A DNA stretch of 64,000 nucleotides, taken from positions 1 through 64,000 of the IMG/VR virus record IMGVR_UViG_3300041809_000308; one strand, 5' to 3'. The stretch is from a virus. Numbering within the stretch: the first letter of the stretch is position 1; each line of letters opens with the position of its first letter. The notes below the pieces were generated by a model. The model ran no database searches, was not told the origin of the DNA, and saw only the letters and a program-made list of their open reading frames with translations. The position numbers and the translations under genes were made by a program. Of the stretch, positions 39,092 to 47,487 are shown piece by piece.

Positions 39092-40301
39092 AATTCTTGG
39101 TTAGCAACCACATCAACTCTTGAGTGCGATGTGATGGTTCTTTAGTAAGAAAGCCTGAACCCCGCCCATTCTCATACGGGATGTGGATGTTCTTGAATTC
39201 GAACTGCTCCTTGGTCCCGTCAACGATGTGCCCAGTAGCCGGGTGCTTGAGGTACCAGTGAGTTGTGTTGTTCGCCTCGGGGACTCGAACCACCTGTGGC
39301 TTGTATCCTCGGGTCTTGCCCCACTGATGATACAGATACTCAGCCATGATGTAGCAGTGACCGAACGTCTTGTGCTGACCCTCAGCCTGTGCTCTGTATT
39401 CAGGGGAGAGCAACTCAAGTGTGAGCGCCTGTTGGGCCTGCCAGATGAGGAAATCAGCCACCGGCTGACGCATCTCATCTTCAATGATAACCACATCACC
39501 AGCCGTCCAGAATTTCTTGCCCAAATAGGACTGTCGAATCTGAGTCTTGCGTTTAGCGATGCGTTTTTCTTCCGGGGTCTTACCTTTCCACGAGGAAGCG
39601 TACTCACCTTCAACCACCTTGTTAAAACCCTTCCTCCATTTGCAGAAGGTATTCTTCGGTATAGTGTTACCGTACTTTCGGGTAGACTTACCTTCCACTT
39701 GGTTCATGCCGGTGCCTTGAGGGTGCCCCACAGCCTTACCAGCCGTTGCCCCAACGAACTTCCAGCCAGTGTCAATGTAGCCGCGCCCGTCGCCACGTCC
39801 GACCGAAGGATCAGGCTCGATGAATGTCTCGAAGCCATAGACCGGGAAACCATAGATGTCCTGCCATACTACAGCAACAGCTTTCTCCCACAGCGACAGA
39901 GCACGTCCAAAAAGCCCTTTCTCATGGTTCGTAAGACAATAGACAGTATTGTCTACTATACCGTTCATCCACCGGGACATTCGTTCTTTGGTCTTCATCT
40001 CTTTAGAGATGCCAAAGAACTCATCCCGCTTCGCTGTACACTTCACAGCACCACCGCCCGAGATAATCCCGGCGAGTTCTCCGTTGTACCAGATTAGAAA
40101 ATGGATTTGCTGTCCACGGTCGCCAAACTTCAACCCCTGCTCTTTCCGTTCTTTGGCGGTGAGGACTACACCGCTATTAGGAATGGCAACTCCGTCTTTT
40201 TCATCAAGCTTCAAGGAAGCGATGTAGTGAGTTTCTCTCACCTGTGTGAAGCGTGGGTCACTCGCGGAGACAAACTCAAGGTATAGAGACGGGACTTCCA
40301 T
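39069..40301 (-). CDS. DUF4338/DruA-like (Mom-superfamily GNAT) domain fused to a papain/transglutaminase-like Cys-His-Asp domain
   Basis: HY...FLIW...LAGII......KRDEFFG...W...YG...GFETFIEP...G.GY...GW.FVG.TAG in the N-terminal part; GHCY..AE.LYH...THWYL...VDGT in the C-terminal part. Confidence 0.65.
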   Translation of the reverse strand: MEVPSLYLEFVSASDPRFTQVRETHYIASLKLDEKDGVAIPNSGVVLTAKERKEQGLKFGDRGQQIHFLIWYNGELAGIISGGGAVKCTAKRDEFFGISKEMKTKERMSRWMNGIVDNTVYCLTNHEKGLFGRALSLWEKAVAVVWQDIYGFPVYGFETFIEPDPSVGRGDGRGYIDTGWKFVGATAGKAVGHPQGTGMNQVEGKSTRKYGNTIPKNTFCKWRKGFNKVVEGEYASSWKGKTPEEKRIAKRKTQIRQSYLGKKFWTAGDVVIIEDEMRQPVADFLIWQAQQALTLELLSPEYRAQAEGQHKTFGHCYIMAEYLYHQWGKTRGYKPQVVRVPEANNTTHWYLKHPATGHIVDGTKEQFEFKNIHIPYENGRGSGFLTKEPSHRTQELMWLLTKNFGDKSDG

Positions 40302-40337
40302 ATACCTTGTTAATACCCGGTTTTTGAAAAAGGAAAA

Positions 40338-40476
40338 GCCCCTTCGTCAACTCACTTCCTTGCCAGCGGATGCGTCCACCCGCAGACTTTAGAAAGGTCC
40401 TTTACTGCCGTGTCCCGACGCTCGGATTTATGGGACTGCCGACGAACAGTAAGCAAGGGTGAGTTGACGAAGAGGC
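40338..40476 (-). ncRNA. structured RNA unit 1 (multibranch, 14-bp closing stem, followed by U-rich tract)
   Basis: CTTCGTCAACTCAC (40342-55) pairs perfectly with GTGAGTTGACGAAG (40459-72); internal hairpins whose G-U pairs favour the - strand. Confidence 0.55.
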
Positions 40477-40479
40477 TCT

Positions 40480-40563
40480 CGTCCGGGTGAGTGGTACGCC
40501 GTGTCGAATGGCTACGCCTCACGGCCATGCCATACTGCGGACTCCTTCAGTCTCACCCGGACG
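40480..40563. ncRNA. structured RNA unit 2 (12-bp closing stem with internal hairpins)
   Basis: CGTCCGGGTGAG (40480-91) / CTCACCCGGACG (40552-63); internal GCCGTG/CACGGC. Confidence 0.5.
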
Positions 40564-40571
40564 AAACTTGA

Positions 40572-40669
40572 TGGCGGCGTTGCAGGGCGAACCTTGTTGC
40601 CGGGGCTTAAACGTCATTGTTACGGACGCAGGGCGAAACCTTGTTGCCCGGACTTAAACATCGCCGCCA
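40572..40669. ncRNA. structured RNA unit 3 (closing stem enclosing two ~31-nt direct repeats)
   Basis: TGGCGGCG/CGCCGCCA closing stem; repeats GCAGGGCGAA(A)CCTTGTTGCCxGGxCTTAAAC at 40582-40612 and 40628-40659. Confidence 0.5.
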
Positions 40670-40672
40670 AAC

Positions 40673-40798
40673 TGGGTGCCCCGCTCAGGATTCGAACCCA
40701 AGTCCACCCCACAACTCTAATACTCGCAGCCGAGAGAAGCCGACTTTTCTCAGAGTTCTCTCAGTAGAGTGTCCTAACCAAGCTAGACCACAGGGCAC
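40673..40798 (-). tRNA. tRNA-like RNA (126 nt) with ~38-nt insertion in the anticodon loop
   Basis: (G)TGCCCTG/CGGGGCA(C)-CCA acceptor, canonical D arm TGGTCTAGCTTGGTTAGGAC, anticodon stem CTCTA/TAGAG enclosing 45 nt, T arm GGTTCGAATCC. Confidence 0.7.
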
Positions 40799-40806
40799 AA
40801 CAACAT

Positions 40807-40973
40807 TGGAGCAAAGCTTTACGCCGAGGGCTATCGTTTCGAACCGCTTTCCCTCTTAAGGAGTCCCTTCCTCCGCCGACTACAAGGCGGTGTGCTCACG
40901 CCTAACATTGGGCACCATTTTGTCGGAGTGCGCTACGGTGACCGTTCGCTTTCCCCGGCTGCGCTGTTGCCTC
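40807..40973 (-). ncRNA. possible structured RNA unit at the transcript 5' end, ending in GCTCCA
   Basis: Starts ~7 nt below the TATACT -10; hairpins CCGCC/GGCGG, GAGGG/CCCTC, ACGGT/ACCGT; weak terminal pairing GAGGCAA/TTGCTC; no credible ORF. Confidence 0.35.
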
Positions 40974-40979
40974 ATTCAT

Positions 40980-41030
40980 AGTATACCTGAGTCACCCAAG
41001 TTTTGGCTAGTTTTTTGGAAATTTTTTTAC
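40980..41030 (-). promoter_or_regulatory. sigma70-like early promoter TAGCCA-N18-TATACT driving the ncRNA cluster
   Basis: -35 at 41004-41009, -10 at 40980-40985, upstream A-tracts (UP-element like); same design as 35704-35733. Confidence 0.65.
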
Positions 41031-41039
41031 AAATAGGGA

Positions 41040-41061
41040 GGGGCACCCGGAAGGTGCCCCC
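41040..41061 (-). terminator. probable intrinsic terminator ending the structural transcript
   Basis: GGGCACC/GGTGCCC hairpin ~30 nt after the 41093 stop; weak U tract. Confidence 0.5.
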
Positions 41062-41092
41062 AATTCAATCCTACGCTTGGTAGGCGAACGTC

Positions 41093-41620
41093 TTATCCAA
41101 TAGAATACGATGAAAGTTCTCGACCTATCAACAGCGGTGAAAGGTGTGCCATCTCTGGTGTCGTCTTATATTGAAATTGTGGAAGGATGTTCAACAGCCG
41201 AACACCGCCTGACCATAACGCGGCGATGAGGAAGGCTGAACAAATTGTTGCGTTATCTTCGTGCCACGACTGATGAAGCATGAGACCGAGGATGTCTTTG
41301 AAATCGTACTTGGTTCCGATTCTTGTTTTGATGAAGCTGGTGATTGTCCTGTACTGGTCATCGTTCATCGGTATGCTGTAGGCTCTTGCACGAATAATCG
41401 TGTTCCCGCCAACATAGTAGGAGTCATCATAAGCTTCGACTCCACCTGACGCATGAGCGCCCACATAAGGTCCGCTTAAGCCTAAGGCTTTCTGCTCATC
41501 TGCATCGAACAGAAACTCTACATGACACCACTGACTCCCACCAGTGAAATACTCAATGAGACCACTCACCAAATCTTTCTCTGCTACAAACCTAAGCCTG
41601 ATGTCCGTCATACCCACCAT
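41093..41620 (-). CDS. permuted papain-like (YiiX/NlpC-P60) amidase
   Basis: His before Cys: WCHVEF...GTKYDF...ICSAFL...TP. Confidence 0.75.
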   Translation of the reverse strand: MVGMTDIRLRFVAEKDLVSGLIEYFTGGSQWCHVEFLFDADEQKALGLSGPYVGAHASGGVEAYDDSYYVGGNTIIRARAYSIPMNDDQYRTITSFIKTRIGTKYDFKDILGLMLHQSWHEDNATICSAFLIAALWSGGVRLLNILPQFQYKTTPEMAHLSPLLIGRELSSYSIG

Positions 41621-41625
41621 TGTTG

Positions 41626-43710
41626 TTAGAGTTCAATACCGTGACGCTTGGCGATACGTTGACGAGTCGCCTCACGACGAGCGGCGGCAGCTTTGTTGGC
41701 CTCAGACTCACCTTGAGCCTCGGGGGCTTCAGTCTTCGCCGGGGCTTCAGGCTTGGCATCGTGGTCGCGGTCGGTGACGAAGCCAGCGGAGCCATCAGCC
41801 TTCTTTTCCTTCTTCTTGCCGTCGTCTTCCTTGCCGTCTTTCTCGTCCTTTTTCTTCTTCAAGAAATCCGGGAGTTCCTTTTTCTTGGCGGCGAGAACTG
41901 GAGCCTTGGGTTCGCCTTCTTCATCACGATCAGTGGTGAATTCGATGCTGCCAGCTTCTTTTTCAATTTCTTCATCCAGCTTTTCTTCAGCCGGAGCAGC
42001 TTCAGGAGATTCGAGTTCTTTCTCGCCCTCTTCAAACTTAGCTTCATCGACCTTGGGCTCTGCACCAGATTCTGGTTCTTCAGGACCCCACTCACCACTC
42101 AACTCTTCCTTGCCTTCCTCACCGAATGCTTCTTCGGCTGGAGTCAAGCTGAGTTCGATACCGAGATTCTCGGCGAGAGTTTCCACGGCACCGGCAACGT
42201 CATCGAGTGAATGATAAACCTCGCTCAGAGCGTCAGCCACAACTTCAGGTGCTTCTTCTGCTATCTGGCGAAATCGAGCGGCATACTTACGCGCAGCTTG
42301 AATGCGAATCTTGATGCTTGCGGTTTTTGGTGCCTCGACCAAATCGAGGTTCGTCCGCAAGTTGTTCAGGGAATCGGCCATGGTGCCCAGTGCTTCAGCG
42401 AGTTCTGCAATCGCGCCATCGGCCTCCTTAGGCTCTTCGACAGCGACTTGACGTAGACGAGCCCACTTGCTCGAAGCTTCCTTGGTTTTGCTTACTTTTG
42501 GTGTAGCCATGGTTATTTCCTCCACTGCCTTTTTTGCAGTTCTATTAGGGGTTTTCGTAGTTGCAGTTTTGACCGGGGTCTTATGTTCCCCACCATTTGC
42601 CGTACAGGGGCGGAGATTACAGGTCGTACATTCGCCACAATCTTCGCAATACTCGTGGTCTGAGAATTCATCGTGGTTGGGCGTGGTGGGCTCTCCCTCA
42701 TCTTCGTAGGGGTTGGCCTCTTCCTTGTCACCACGGATGCTCAAAGCCTTCTTCTTGGCTTCGGTCATCGTACGTTCTTCGTACGATTCACCTGTTTGCA
42801 AATCCTTCAAGAGGAACCACTTCTTACGCCGGGTCGCATCAACGATTGTGATAGTGAAGCGGTCGTCATCGCTCTGCACAGTGGACATGGAGATACGCTT
42901 CCACCCACCGCGTGCCATCTTTGCTGCGGAGATGCCCATGCGTTGGAATTCTGCTTTGGTGTTTTCATCAAACTCGGGCACCGTATTGCCTAAGTCCTCC
43001 GTCCCATAGCCCATGTAGTTTTGGACAATCTGGATAAGCTGCATCTTGATACCGATAGTAAGTCGCTTCCACGGTGTGCCAGCTATCTGATACACTTCCG
43101 CGTCAGAATATTGTTGAGGCTGCTTTCCTAAAAGAGTGCCGCCATGTTCTGGTCTTGGAATCTGTAAAGTGCTACGACGGGCAATTTCCTGCCGAGTGTC
43201 AAACGAAGCCGAATCCCAGTAAACTTCAACATCACGATTGTCAGCCGTCATGTGTAACATGGAATTAGGAAGTTCGGGGAGAATCGTGTGCTTCTCTTTG
43301 GTAGTAGCCGACTGGTCTTCAAGAGCCATCGCCTCTTCAACGCTTCTCTGACCTTTGTTAAGTAGAGAAGGAGCCGCAGCACCGGGAATGTTAGGGGTAT
43401 TCGGTGTAGTATCCTGACGAAGATTCACTTGAGGTTCAGTCGCTATTTTGCGTGAGGCTGTGATGCCCAATCGAGAAAGCCACTGCTTGTCTTCATCGGT
43501 GACCTCATGAGATTCGGGGATAACCTCAAGGCCGTCGTTTATCATACCGTCTACAATGTTAGGCGCATACTTCCACTCAACAGCGAAAGCATCCCCCAGC
43601 CATTGCCAAGACTCCAAACCAAGATTCTCGTCCACCCAACTCCGACCTTCGTCAGACCTTGGAGTGAACATAACAACAGAACCTTCGTTTCTAACTAGAA
43701 CATCTGCCAT
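41626..43710 (-). CDS. acidic multi-module head-region protein with many KxA motifs (internal head protein candidate)
   Basis: Start MADVLV at 43710 overlapping the upstream stop; RKIA, KMA, KTA x2, KEA x2, KKA; internal repeats GS..F.TDRD....P.AP and L/MGI(T/S)A. Confidence 0.65.
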   Translation of the reverse strand: MADVLVRNEGSVVMFTPRSDEGRSWVDENLGLESWQWLGDAFAVEWKYAPNIVDGMINDGLEVIPESHEVTDEDKQWLSRLGITASRKIATEPQVNLRQDTTPNTPNIPGAAAPSLLNKGQRSVEEAMALEDQSATTKEKHTILPELPNSMLHMTADNRDVEVYWDSASFDTRQEIARRSTLQIPRPEHGGTLLGKQPQQYSDAEVYQIAGTPWKRLTIGIKMQLIQIVQNYMGYGTEDLGNTVPEFDENTKAEFQRMGISAAKMARGGWKRISMSTVQSDDDRFTITIVDATRRKKWFLLKDLQTGESYEERTMTEAKKKALSIRGDKEEANPYEDEGEPTTPNHDEFSDHEYCEDCGECTTCNLRPCTANGGEHKTPVKTATTKTPNRTAKKAVEEITMATPKVSKTKEASSKWARLRQVAVEEPKEADGAIAELAEALGTMADSLNNLRTNLDLVEAPKTASIKIRIQAARKYAARFRQIAEEAPEVVADALSEVYHSLDDVAGAVETLAENLGIELSLTPAEEAFGEEGKEELSGEWGPEEPESGAEPKVDEAKFEEGEKELESPEAAPAEEKLDEEIEKEAGSIEFTTDRDEEGEPKAPVLAAKKKELPDFLKKKKDEKDGKEDDGKKKEKKADGSAGFVTDRDHDAKPEAPAKTEAPEAQGESEANKAAAARREATRQRIAKRHGIEL

Positions 43711-45605
43711 TAGTGAACGTCCCCGTAATACAACGTGTTGAGGCAGTCGCCACAAAGCTTGAACTCGTACTCACGCTCTTCACGATTTGCTGCCTGAGCG
43801 TCTTCGAGATTGCGGTAGCCTTTGTAGTCGGTAATATCTCCGCCGCCGCCATTACAATAGTCGCACCCATCCCAACTGAAGTAAGGCTCACCTTCCGCTT
43901 CAAACAAGCCAGAAGAAATACACTCTGCAATGAAGTTCTGCATCTCTGGAGGAGTGAGACCAATATGCGGCTCATCCGAAGCTACAACTGAAGAAAGAGA
44001 AGCCTTAGGAATAATACGTACAGGTTTGCCTTTGGCAATGCCGTTTTTAACTTTAACAGCGACTCGCTTAACATCGCGCCCTTCGTCTACCCAGTCATAG
44101 ACGAGAGCCTTCTTAAGTGAAGGAGTTAGTATATAGTTGCCTAAACTATCCATGCTGAGCCAGTGGCTGCCTACCGAAATTACGTAACCACTAGATTGAG
44201 CAAGAAGTGACGCAGCAGCCTTCTTTGACGCCACACGGTCATGACTTGGGTTGTTGGCGTGATGATTGAGAAGACAGTCGCCACAGAACTTTTCGTGACA
44301 TGCGGGACAGTCAGTCGGACCTTCGGCGGTGCCGCAACTCTTGCACTTGGGAACCTCCCATTGAGCCGCAGCCTTACTCGCAGCCAGAGCTAAGGGAGCA
44401 AGCGCCTCAAGGGCTTCCCCAGCCCCACCAGCAGCCTCTTCAGCTTCAGCAGCCGGAGCAGCGAGGTCGCCCAATGATCCGCCGCCACCGCCTGAATTGT
44501 TATTGTCATTAGACTCAGGCGGGGTTGATTCAATTTCATGATTGATGGGAAACTCTTCAGCCAGTTTCAAACCGCCGAAGGCCGCATGAATTGGTTGCAG
44601 TTCCTGCCTGTTGCGATTCTGGTATTTCCAAGCACCGCCAATGTTCTGCATGACTTCAATGAATGGGTTGACTTCTTCGCCGCCCAGTTCCTTGGTGACA
44701 TAGGTGTCAATCAACTTGGGAAGATTTGCGAACAATATCTTGAACCAAGCTGGTGACTTGTCAGCGCCCAGTCCCTCTTTCCATTCCGCCCAAAGGTCAG
44801 TGCCTTTCGGGATGTCTCCTTCTCTTAAGTGAGCATAGAGAAGATCGAATATGGAGAGGTATTGAACCACCGTCTCATCGCGATACTTTTTTGAAAGGTA
44901 AGATTCAAAGCCGCGACGGAAGGTCAGCACATCGACGTCGGCGTCTACAGCGTTGTACTCGTTTGGCCGCTTGTGACGATACTGGTCAGCATCCAACAGG
45001 TTGACATCCGGTTCACCCTCACCGACCTCTTGCCACATGGAGCTAGTGTTCTCTTGAAAGATGAACTGCTGGATGTAGCGGTTGGCTTCGGCGGTACGCC
45101 AATTAAAATTCTGCATCAAAAACGTGGTGACTTGTCTCTCTAAAGGCAACTCGCGAATGTGGGCTGGAAATTTTTTGATAGCATCTTTGAAATTCTCAAG
45201 GATACTTCTCTCCGCCAAAGCGTTAATGATGATGTGATGGATGGCCTCATCCTGAACTTCAGGGTCTCTGGACATCAACTTGGGGGCGATTCTGGCTGAG
45301 AAGAACCTAGACCAGTTCATCTTCGGGTCAACGGGCAACCCTGCGGCAGCGATGTATTCTTTGACGTAGAGGTCAAAGTCCTTATTGTAGGCGACAACCC
45401 AACGCATCCACGATGCAAATCGTGCGAGAGTGGAACTGATAGGACGGAAATTAGCGGGTGTGGGTACAGGGTTACCTTGCAGGTTGGCAAGCCTAAAAGT
45501 TGTGCCTTCACTGGATGCAATCTTAGAAGTAACACGGAGGACACCACCATTCGCAGTGTGGACGATAGAGCTAACGTGGATGGGGAACTTAGGCTTAGAG
45601 TTCAT
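43710..45605 (-). CDS. multi-module protein with helical N-terminal domain and Cys/His zinc-finger modules
   Basis: CKSC...CPACHEKFCGDC..NH and CDYC...CGDC modules separated by KAAA / RVASKKAAAS / VVAS. Confidence 0.65.
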   Translation of the reverse strand: MNSKPKFPIHVSSIVHTANGGVLRVTSKIASSEGTTFRLANLQGNPVPTPANFRPISSTLARFASWMRWVVAYNKDFDLYVKEYIAAAGLPVDPKMNWSRFFSARIAPKLMSRDPEVQDEAIHHIIINALAERSILENFKDAIKKFPAHIRELPLERQVTTFLMQNFNWRTAEANRYIQQFIFQENTSSMWQEVGEGEPDVNLLDADQYRHKRPNEYNAVDADVDVLTFRRGFESYLSKKYRDETVVQYLSIFDLLYAHLREGDIPKGTDLWAEWKEGLGADKSPAWFKILFANLPKLIDTYVTKELGGEEVNPFIEVMQNIGGAWKYQNRNRQELQPIHAAFGGLKLAEEFPINHEIESTPPESNDNNNSGGGGGSLGDLAAPAAEAEEAAGGAGEALEALAPLALAASKAAAQWEVPKCKSCGTAEGPTDCPACHEKFCGDCLLNHHANNPSHDRVASKKAAASLLAQSSGYVISVGSHWLSMDSLGNYILTPSLKKALVYDWVDEGRDVKRVAVKVKNGIAKGKPVRIIPKASLSSVVASDEPHIGLTPPEMQNFIAECISSGLFEAEGEPYFSWDGCDYCNGGGGDITDYKGYRNLEDAQAANREEREYEFKLCGDCLNTLYYGDVH

Positions 45606-46408
45606 GCAATTTCACCTATAATAGACGCAGAAAGTTGTTGAATATACTCAAAATGCTTTCCTGAAAAATTGTAACCAAGTCGAATCGCACGAGATAAGTT
45701 CTCAGGCGATTTACTCCCGGTCCATTTTGCGGCTTCCAGTAGTGAGGAAAACACATCTCCAGTTTCAACGCATCGAACTAGCTTTCTGATTTTAGTGAGA
45801 GTTTCTTCAGAGTGGGTTTTACCATAGAAATGATTGTTGGAACCGAGGACACTTTGACGTTGTTTTTCCCGAGATTCCAAACTACGGGTAAGTCCTGTGT
45901 GGGCGATTTTAAGCTTTCCGCGAGTCTCTTCTGATGGACCAAGTTTATTACGTGTGATTACTGCTTTCACTGCGTTTGGGTATGCCGGGTGTCCGATAAC
46001 CTTACTAATAATTGCATCTCGCACTTCAGGACGATTCCACATATCTCTGGAAGCGGCGGCTATTTTCTCACGAGTAGCTTGACTGTGGGGACCGGAGAAT
46101 CCTTCACCGCCTCGGCAGATGTTATAGCCGACCTCTGGATTGCGAGAATTGAACAAAGCGATGAAGAACTGTTCCCATTGGTCGAGTTCTTCTCGCGTTT
46201 GAACATCAGAAAGAAGGGCGTGGATAGACCACGCTTTTTTGGGGTGTTTACGCATGGAAGCATACAGATATGAACCTGTGCGACCTCGCTTAAACTGGTA
46301 CTTAGCGTCAGACATTTTATCTTGAAGATACTTCTTCAAGTTCTTGCCTTTATGTTGCCCTACGTAATACTTGCCCGTGATACGATTGACGATTAGATAG
46401 ATGAACAC
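45602..46408 (-). mobile_element. GIY-YIG homing endonuclease (NUMOD3 + NUMOD1-like)
   Basis: FIYLIVNRITGKYYVGQ, GYNICRGGEG, HFYGKTHSEET, VRCVETGDVFSSLLEAAKW. Confidence 0.9.
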
Positions 46409-46453
46409 AACCTACCTCTCTACCTAATACTGTGAAAGTCAAGTTTCTCGACC

Positions 46454-46682
46454 TCAATCCAACGTAGGGTCGTTGGGCGAAAAGTCGGTCTTTTTGTCTT
46501 CCGCCATAACAGATTTCAAGGTTTCGAGATACTCCGCATGATCCTCAAAAGCCTGAGGGTCATGCGGGGCTCCCTTTTCGTCGTCAGCAGCGGTCTTCGT
46601 TGCCGCGCCCATGCGGGTTAGCTCCGAAGCGTAAAGAGAGTTCATCGCTTGAGCATCAACTTGTGCGATTTTGTTAGCCATT
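46454..46682 (-). CDS. small KxA-containing protein (MANKIAQ...)
   Basis: AGGAG RBS before ATG 46682; late-promoter-like motif upstream; KIA and KTAA motifs. Confidence 0.65.
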
Positions 46683-46745
46683 GTGGAAATTCTCCTATAG
46701 GTAGTAAAAAATACCAACCCTACTAAGGAATTCGTAGTTAAGATT

Positions 46746-46976
46746 TTAAGGTGCTGCTCCTGATAGGTGTAACCAAGACTGCTCGACACATTCATAAATG
46801 GTCACTTTAAGCACGCCATCTGCTGAATAGTACCGGCCTGTTTCCTTCAAATAACCGGGACGACACTTGCTATATTTATGCACTTCATAGTAGTCCCTGT
46901 TGACCCCCTTTGAGGGGTGGATACACCCAAAAAGGGGGAGGGATATAAGAGCACCGAGAACCAACAACCCCCTCAT
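46746..46976 (-). CDS. small lipoprotein, o-spanin candidate
   Basis: Signal peptide with lipobox LFGC; 4-nt overlap with the upstream TM/coiled-coil gene. Confidence 0.5.
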   Translation of the reverse strand: MRGLLVLGALISLPLFGCIHPSKGVNRDYYEVHKYSKCRPGYLKETGRYYSADGVLKVTIYECVEQSWLHLSGAAP

Positions 46977-47383
46977 TTGACACCTGACTGAGACGGTGGT
47001 GCTTCAAGTTGCTGCTTGGCTTTTTGTGCATTCATCAAACTTTGTTGGGCCCTTGTTTGACCCTGTAGGGCATCCTCCTCCGCCTTTTGCAGTTGAACAA
47101 GATTCTCAATTTGATTAGCCTGAGCAACCACCACTTGCTTCTGCAAATCAGCAATTTCCACCTTTAGATTGGCAATATCCACATCTTTCTGAGCCAAGTC
47201 CAAATTTTGTTGTGCGATTTGCTTCTTCAAAGAAGCCACTAAATCAGTCTGTGGGGTGGAGTCTGCGGTCGGCGCAGACTCCACAGGGGTGGTGGTTACT
47301 TTCTTCGGCGACTTTGCCATTGCCATTGTACTGACAAATAGTAATACAAGTGATAAAGCAACAACGATTTTCTCCTGTTTCAT
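46973..47383 (-). CDS. N-terminal TM/signal + coiled-coil protein, i-spanin candidate
   Basis: MKQEKIVVALSLVLLFVSTMAMA followed by Gln/Leu heptads; GAGGAG RBS. Confidence 0.5.
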   Translation of the reverse strand: MKQEKIVVALSLVLLFVSTMAMAKSPKKVTTTPVESAPTADSTPQTDLVASLKKQIAQQNLDLAQKDVDIANLKVEIADLQKQVVVAQANQIENLVQLQKAEEDALQGQTRAQQSLMNAQKAKQQLEAPPSQSGVK

Positions 47384-47487
47384 GCGTAAAGATTCTCCTC
47401 TCCCGTGTAGGGGTGTCGATAATATAATACCGCCCGAACAAGCCCCGAGACGACCGGAAATATCTCCCACAATCGCCACATCGCCAT

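Noticed and set aside
40470-40570. GTCC...GGAC-GAAAC resembling hammerhead ribozyme stem II and core
   Set aside because: The required CUGANGA is absent immediately upstream of the stem; the pairing is simply part of a 12-bp closing helix.
40807-40916. CCGCC-TTGTAGTC-GGCGG and GGTTCGAA resembling a tRNA-Tyr
   Set aside because: No consistent acceptor, D or T stems could be built; kept only as a generic structured RNA candidate.
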